Source: Rhodothermales bacterium
Lineage (GTDB): Bacteria > Bacteroidota > Rhodothermia > Rhodothermales > UBA10348
Length of the DNA stretch: 32,698 nucleotides
Reading direction: 5' to 3'
Assembly (NCBI GenBank): GCA_030833605.1
Contig: JAURGV010000001.1
Span: 1 to 32,698, forward strand
Numbering within the stretch: the first letter of the stretch is position 1; the number at the start of each line of letters is the position of its first letter. This document shows positions 27,748-32,698 of the stretch, piece by piece. Under the pieces are notes generated by a model that saw only the letters and a program-made list of their open reading frames with translations, ran no database searches and had not been told where the DNA came from. The position numbers and the translations under genes are program-made.

Positions 27748-28779
27748 ATGCGTACGGTCGATCTTCGAAGCGACACAGTAACTCGCCCTGATCAAGGCAT
27801 GCTTAACGCCATGATGAGCGCCGAAGTAGGTGACGATGTTTTTGGTGAAGATCCAACCGTAATCAAGCTTCAAGAGCAAGTAGCGGATATTCTTGGAAAG
27901 GAACAGGCACTTTTTGTCCCTTCCGGGACCATGTGCAATCAGATTGCCGTGATGCTTCATACCTCTCCTGGAGACGAAGTGCTGCTTGAAAGCGGAAGTC
28001 ATATTCGGAACTACGAATCGGGAGCCGCAGCCGCCCTGTCGGGCGTACAACTTTGTGCAATTCCTTGCCCCAAAGGCATTTTGGACGTCGATTCCGTTGC
28101 TAAAGCCATTCGTGTAGGGCATGATTGGGAGCCCATGCCCAGGCTTCTAAGCTTAGAAAACACGAATAACAAAGCGGGTGGCACGGTCTATCCCTTGGAG
28201 CGGATAATAGAACTCGGAGCGTTAGCCAAAGAAAGAGGCCTTGCTTTCCACTTGGACGGAGCTCGAATCTGGAATGCCTCCGTCGCTTCCGGTCAGTCGG
28301 AAAAAGCGATAGCTGCCCCATTTGATACGGTTAGTGTATGTCTCTCCAAAGGCCTGGGCACGCCGCTAGGGTCGGTATTAGCGGGATCTGCTCCAATGAT
28401 CAAACAGGCTCGTCGGCTTCGCAAGCGATTAGGTGGCGGAATGCGCCAAATCGGATTCATGGCGGCGGCCGGGATATATGCCCTCGATAACAACCGGTCA
28501 ACCCTTCAACACGACCATGAAAAGGCACGGGTATTGGCCGAAGGATTAAGCTCCTTTTCCGGCGTCACCCTAGATCTTGCAACGGTTGAAACCAATATCA
28601 TTGTATTTGACTTGGCTCATGGGTTAATGGCGGACAATGTCCTTAAAGCATTAAGCGCCAAGGGTATACGCATGATTGCGTTCGGTCCTCAAACCATTCG
28701 GGCCACGACGCACCGAGACGTTTCCATGAGTGATATAGAGTTCGCCCTTACGGGAGCGCAATCTATATTGAATACTTAG
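27748..28779 (+). CDS. ltaE: low-specificity L-threonine aldolase
   Basis: The N-terminus is VDLRSDTVTRPDQGMLNAMMSAEVGDDVFGEDPTV and the PLP-lysine context is SVCLSKGLGTPLGS. It starts 2 nt after the greA stop. Confidence 0.9.
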   Translation: MRTVDLRSDTVTRPDQGMLNAMMSAEVGDDVFGEDPTVIKLQEQVADILGKEQALFVPSGTMCNQIAVMLHTSPGDEVLLESGSHIRNYESGAAAALSGVQLCAIPCPKGILDVDSVAKAIRVGHDWEPMPRLLSLENTNNKAGGTVYPLERIIELGALAKERGLAFHLDGARIWNASVASGQSEKAIAAPFDTVSVCLSKGLGTPLGSVLAGSAPMIKQARRLRKRLGGGMRQIGFMAAAGIYALDNNRSTLQHDHEKARVLAEGLSSFSGVTLDLATVETNIIVFDLAHGLMADNVLKALSAKGIRMIAFGPQTIRATTHRDVSMSDIEFALTGAQSILNT

Positions 28780-28816
28780 GTCGCCTTTTACAGCGCGGCG
28801 TAACTCGCGGTCAAGT

Positions 28817-30733
28817 CTAGAGCTCTTTCACACAAACGTACGCTTCTACTGCGTGAAATTCGGGTAGCCCTAGCGCGTTTAACCGGTTGGCTGTACCCTG
28901 ATTTCTGTCCCGCGCACGTTCCCAAAACTCGCGAACGTCATACGCTCCAGGATACATAGCTCGGTCTTTTTGACTTTCGTGTTTGAAAATAGCTTCGATT
29001 TTACGATCCAAATCGGCTTTTGACATCGGCAAATAGACATCTGCCTTATCAATTTCCCATTCCTGCCACGCACCACGATATAACCATACCGTTGGATGTG
29101 AACTGGTTTTAGGATGCTTCTTTTTGAACTCAATAAGCGCTCTTTCAATCGCGAAATAGCACATCCTATGCGTTCCATGCGGATCAGAAAGATCCCCGGC
29201 CACAAAAATGTGAGCAGGCATTTTCTCCTCTAATTGCTCGAGAACGATCTTCACATCGGCGTCTCCAATGGGCATTTTTCGGACTTTTCCCGTTTTATAA
29301 AACGGCATGTCCAAAAACCTTGCATGACGCTCATCCAATCCCATAACCTCAATGCCAGCAATGGCTTCCGAGTACCGGATATAGGCCTTTACCTGCTGAA
29401 CATTAACCGAATCAACCTGTCCAGGCGGCTTAGAAGACATGGCTTTGCTCAACTTCTTCAAGCTGGCTTGTAGGTCAGAAAGGCCGTTTTCACCAATGAA
29501 CAGATCGCCGGCCATTTCCATAAATCGAACATATCGAAGTACGTCTGAATCGAAAACGGCTACCGAACCGTTGGTCATGTAGGAAACGGTAACGTCGTTT
29601 TTATTGCCAACCAATGCATCTAGCATGCCTCCCATCGAGATCACATCATCGTCGGGATGCGGACTAAAAACGATTACTTTTTGCTCTGATGGCAAATTCT
29701 CTGCGTACTGAATGCGTTTCCGTAGCGTCTCAAAAACGTGTTTGCAGAGCTGGTACGTATTCTGGTGGCCATACGCCAAACTGTGCAAATGGTGGCGGTG
29801 AAAATCGCCTTCCTCAAGCCGTAAAATGGCCTTCCCTACTTTTTCTGCCAACCAAATAACAGCGCGAATGGAGAGCTCTTCGGTCCACTGAACCGGCTTA
29901 ACTACCCAAGGTGTTTTGACTCGAGTAAACTCGCTCGACGCCGCCTCATCGCAATACATGGAGGCATCACGGTGTTTCTGCAGAAACGAAGCCGTAATCT
30001 TGTTGGTAGGTTCTTCCTCAACCGCTTTTCGAACAATGGGTGCTTTGTGTTCACCGGTTGCCATGAGAATGATTTCGCGCGCGTCCAAAATGGTACCAAC
30101 ACCCATCGTAATCGCTTCTCGGGGCACGTTCTCGTCACCGAAAAAGTCGCTCGCAGCGTCTTTTTTCGTGATTTCGTCCAGGATGATCAGTCGTGTGCGC
30201 GTGTCAATGCCAGAGCCCGGCTCATTAAATCCAATATGCCCACTTCGTCCGATCCCAAGAATGAGCAGGTCAATGCCACCAAATTTTCTGATTTTGTGCT
30301 CATAGGAAAGGCAATATTCTTCCACTTCTTCCCGCTTAATATCCCCTCTAGGAATATGAATATTGGCTTTGGGAATGTTTACGTGGTTGAAAAAATTCTC
30401 GTGCATGAACCGATGATAGCTTTGAAGACTATCGGGCGCCATCGGGTAATATTCGTCCAGGTTAAACGTCACGACATTCGAGAAGTCCAATCCCTCTTTT
30501 TGGTGCATAGCAATGAGATGCTGATACACACCGATTGGAGTAGACCCGGTGGGTAAGCCTAAAACGACTTGCTTACCTGCGGCCTGTCGTTCTTCGATTA
30601 ACGAAGCAATTCTTTTGGCGACCTGGAGTGAAAGTTGACCTGGCTGATCGAAAATGAGAACGGGAATTTTTTCGCGTTGTGAGCCTTCTGCCGTATTGCC
30701 CTCAAAAGGCTGACCACTGTCAGTGATAGACAT
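28817..30733 (-). CDS. nagB: long-form glucosamine-6-phosphate deaminase: NagB domain fused to a C-terminal LmbE/PIG-L-type deacetylase domain
   Basis: The start is set at MSITDSGQPF, the 50th codon of the track ORF. NagB motifs are LGLPTGSTP, FNLDEYY and GIGRSGHIGFNEPGS. The C-terminal half has the PIG-L motif VIVFSPHPDDDVISMGG, and later DPHGTHRMC. Confidence 0.88.
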   Translation of the reverse strand: MSITDSGQPFEGNTAEGSQREKIPVLIFDQPGQLSLQVAKRIASLIEERQAAGKQVVLGLPTGSTPIGVYQHLIAMHQKEGLDFSNVVTFNLDEYYPMAPDSLQSYHRFMHENFFNHVNIPKANIHIPRGDIKREEVEEYCLSYEHKIRKFGGIDLLILGIGRSGHIGFNEPGSGIDTRTRLIILDEITKKDAASDFFGDENVPREAITMGVGTILDAREIILMATGEHKAPIVRKAVEEEPTNKITASFLQKHRDASMYCDEAASSEFTRVKTPWVVKPVQWTEELSIRAVIWLAEKVGKAILRLEEGDFHRHHLHSLAYGHQNTYQLCKHVFETLRKRIQYAENLPSEQKVIVFSPHPDDDVISMGGMLDALVGNKNDVTVSYMTNGSVAVFDSDVLRYVRFMEMAGDLFIGENGLSDLQASLKKLSKAMSSKPPGQVDSVNVQQVKAYIRYSEAIAGIEVMGLDERHARFLDMPFYKTGKVRKMPIGDADVKIVLEQLEEKMPAHIFVAGDLSDPHGTHRMCYFAIERALIEFKKKHPKTSSHPTVWLYRGAWQEWEIDKADVYLPMSKADLDRKIEAIFKHESQKDRAMYPGAYDVREFWERARDRNQGTANRLNALGLPEFHAVEAYVCVKEL

Positions 30734-30997
30734 AGTATGGGTATTAAGATTTAGATCAGGGCGAATTAGCAAAATAGTGAAAGCATTTTTTTGAAAGTGC
30801 ACTTCTTCAAATAAAAAATTGAATAATACGCTAGTGGTGTAGGCATCCGTCCTACATGGTTTCACCTCAATGCCCGACACAAACCCTCACGTACCGCCCC
30901 CAGTGGATGCCTTAGAGAATTGATTAATTACACTTGTCGCAAGGACTTTAATTCTCTTGCTTCAAGCCAATAACGTGTTAGAAAAACGGCATTTCAG

Positions 30998-32698
30998 ATG
31001 AAGGGCATTTTAACCACCATGGATGGCAACCAAGCGGCTGCACACATCGCGTACCTCACGAACGAGGTTATTGCCATCTACCCTATCACTCCGGCCTCTC
31101 CCATGGGCGAACTCTCGGACCAATGGAGTGCCCAATCGGCAAAAAACATTTGGGGTACGGTCCCAAAAGTTATCGAAATGCAGGCTGAAGGGGGTGCTGC
31201 TGGTGCAGTACATGGTGCGCTCCAAACAGGCTCACTAACCACGACTTTTACTGCCAGCCAGGGATTGCTGTTGATGATCCCCAACATGTATAAAATTGCT
31301 GGTGAGCTAACCAGTACCGTTTTTCATGTTGCCGCAAGGAGCTTGGCCACCCAAGGATTGTCCATTTTTGGCGACCATAGTGACGTGATGTCGGCTCGAA
31401 GTACCGGATGGGCCATGCTTTTTTCAGGGTCTGTCCAGGAAGTCATGGATATGGCTCTGATTTCGCACGCCTCAACTCTAGACACTAGAATTCCATTTTT
31501 ACACGCGTTTGATGGGTTTCGCACCAGCCATGAATTGCAAAAAATTGAAGTCATTCCAAATGATATCATTTCAAAAATGATTCCAATGGATCGCGTTCTC
31601 GAACACCGATCCCGTGGTTTGACTCCGGATAATCCCTTCATTCGTGGAACGGCGCAAAATCCTGACGTCTATTTCCAAGCCAGAGAATCGTGCAATCCGT
31701 TTTACGCTACTACACCCGAAACGGTACAAGCGAAAATGGATGAGCTTGCAGCGTTGACGGGCCGTCAGTACAAGTTATTTGATTACATCGGAGCGCCCGA
31801 CGCAGAACGTATAATCATTTTGATGGGGTCTGGGGCTGAGACTGCCGAGGAAACCATTAATTGGATGGTGGGACAAGGCGAAAAAGTTGGAATGATCAAA
31901 ATTCGTCTCTTTAGACCGTTTGATGTCCAATCGTTCATAGATGCTATACCTTCTTCCGTCAAAAAGATATCGGTTCTCGATAGAACGAAAGAACCAGGAT
32001 CCATTGGGGAGCCCCTTTACCAAGATGTAGTTACCGCGTTTTCTGAATTCGCTGGTGAGAGAACGATGCCTCACATCGTGGGAGGCCGCTATGGATTGTC
32101 TTCCAAAGAGTTTACGCCAGCCATGGTGCGCGGCATTTTGGACAATTTGAACGAATCAAAGCCCAAAAACCACTTCACGATTGGTATTTATGACGATGTG
32201 ACCCACACCAGCCTCGAATACGACGAATCGTTCTCCACCGAGCCTTCGGACGTCACACGAGCTTTATTTTGGGGTTTGGGCTCCGACGGTACGGTTGGTG
32301 CGAATAAGAACTCCATTAAGATTATTGGGGAAGGAACACCTTTCCATGCGCAAGGCTATTTCGTGTACGACAGCAAGAAGGCGGGGGCTCGAACCATTTC
32401 TCACCTCCGATTTGGCCCCAAACCGATTCAGTCGACCTATCTGATTACCAAAGCCAATTTTGTGGCTGTTCATCAGTTTGGATTCCTCGAACGCTATGAC
32501 ACGTTGGCCATGGCAGAAAACGGGGCAACGTTTCTACTAAACAGCCCCTATTCGGCGGCTGAAACGTGGGATAATCTCCCCCTTTCGGTTCAAAAAGCGA
32601 TCATTCTGAAAAAACTTCGCTTCATGGTGGTCGATGCGTACCAAATTGCCAAGGATTTAGGCCTAGGCGTACGCATCAACACCATTATGCAGGCTGCA
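30998..32698 (+). CDS. nifJ: pyruvate:ferredoxin (flavodoxin) oxidoreductase, N-terminal 567 codons; continues beyond the window
   Basis: It is absent from the ORF track because it has no stop in the window. Hand translation from the ATG at 30998 (an in-frame TAA lies at 30971-30973) gives MKGILTTMDGNQAAAHIAYLTNEVIAIYPITPASPMGELSDQWSAQ...VIEMQAEGGAAGAVHGALQTGSLTTTFTASQGLLLMIPNMYKIAGEL...GGRYGLSSKEF...WGLGSDGTVGANKNSIKIIG...VRINTIMQAA. The reading is in frame to the last base. These are canonical PFOR motifs. An alternative start is the ATG at 31019. Confidence 0.9.
   Translation, partial: MKGILTTMDGNQAAAHIAYLTNEVIAIYPITPASPMGELSDQWSAQSAKNIWGTVPKVIEMQAEGGAAGAVHGALQTGSLTTTFTASQGLLLMIPNMYKIAGELTSTVFHVAARSLATQGLSIFGDHSDVMSARSTGWAMLFSGSVQEVMDMALISHASTLDTRIPFLHAFDGFRTSHELQKIEVIPNDIISKMIPMDRVLEHRSRGLTPDNPFIRGTAQNPDVYFQARESCNPFYATTPETVQAKMDELAALTGRQYKLFDYIGAPDAERIIILMGSGAETAEETINWMVGQGEKVGMIKIRLFRPFDVQSFIDAIPSSVKKISVLDRTKEPGSIGEPLYQDVVTAFSEFAGERTMPHIVGGRYGLSSKEFTPAMVRGILDNLNESKPKNHFTIGIYDDVTHTSLEYDESFSTEPSDVTRALFWGLGSDGTVGANKNSIKIIGEGTPFHAQGYFVYDSKKAGARTISHLRFGPKPIQSTYLITKANFVAVHQFGFLERYDTLAMAENGATFLLNSPYSAAETWDNLPLSVQKAIILKKLRFMVVDAYQIAKDLGLGVRINTIMQAA

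Noticed and set aside
29972-30556. A 194-aa plus-strand ORF, with a 129-aa ORF at 29916-30305 alongside it, antisense to nagB.
   Set aside because: It lies entirely inside a gene with unambiguous NagB/LmbE motifs on the opposite strand. Its sequence is low-complexity and Arg/Phe/Asn-rich, as is typical of shadow ORFs, with no recognisable motif.

Overview
This 32.7-kb window looks like core chromosome from an FCB-group bacterium (Bacteroidota/Rhodothermota/Balneolota-like). The lineage call is an inference from three things: most start codons have no Shine-Dalgarno sequence, the NagB is the long form fused to an LmbE/PIG-L domain, and the envelope proteins are of GWxTD-like and PD40/Omp85 types. 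I call 32 protein-coding genes (31 if the 9312-9656 and 7573-9318 ORFs are one frameshifted gene), one tRNA-Pro(GGG), two intrinsic terminators and one large RNA hairpin. Two genes are cut by the window edges and so are missing from the ORF track: a PgpH-like 7TM receptor at 1-1247(-) and a pyruvate:ferredoxin oxidoreductase at 30998-32698(+). Recognisable housekeeping genes are ligA, mscL, adk, greA, ptsI, ptsH, crcB, a thiolase, a polyprenyl synthase, ltaE, nagB, cvpA, a yqeY-type gene, a MerR regulator and a DMT transporter. I found no rRNA, CRISPR array, transposase, integrase, prophage or recognisable defence genes, and no compositional island, so this does not read as an accessory region. 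The best candidate for an undescribed system is the translationally coupled three-gene envelope module at 13836-18439. It encodes a 961-aa secreted HExxH peptidase / PD40 propeller / Omp85-barrel fusion with no POTRA domains, a BamB-like beta-propeller lipoprotein, and a PEGA-like protein with a C-terminal TM hairpin. Secondary observations are an intrinsic terminator inside the greA leader, a probable homopolymer frameshift splitting a GWxTD-like envelope protein, an EI-HPr pair with no EII in the window, and a thiolase-crcB-LuxC-like operon with no room for a fluoride riboswitch. All family calls rest on motifs read by eye, and no database search was run.
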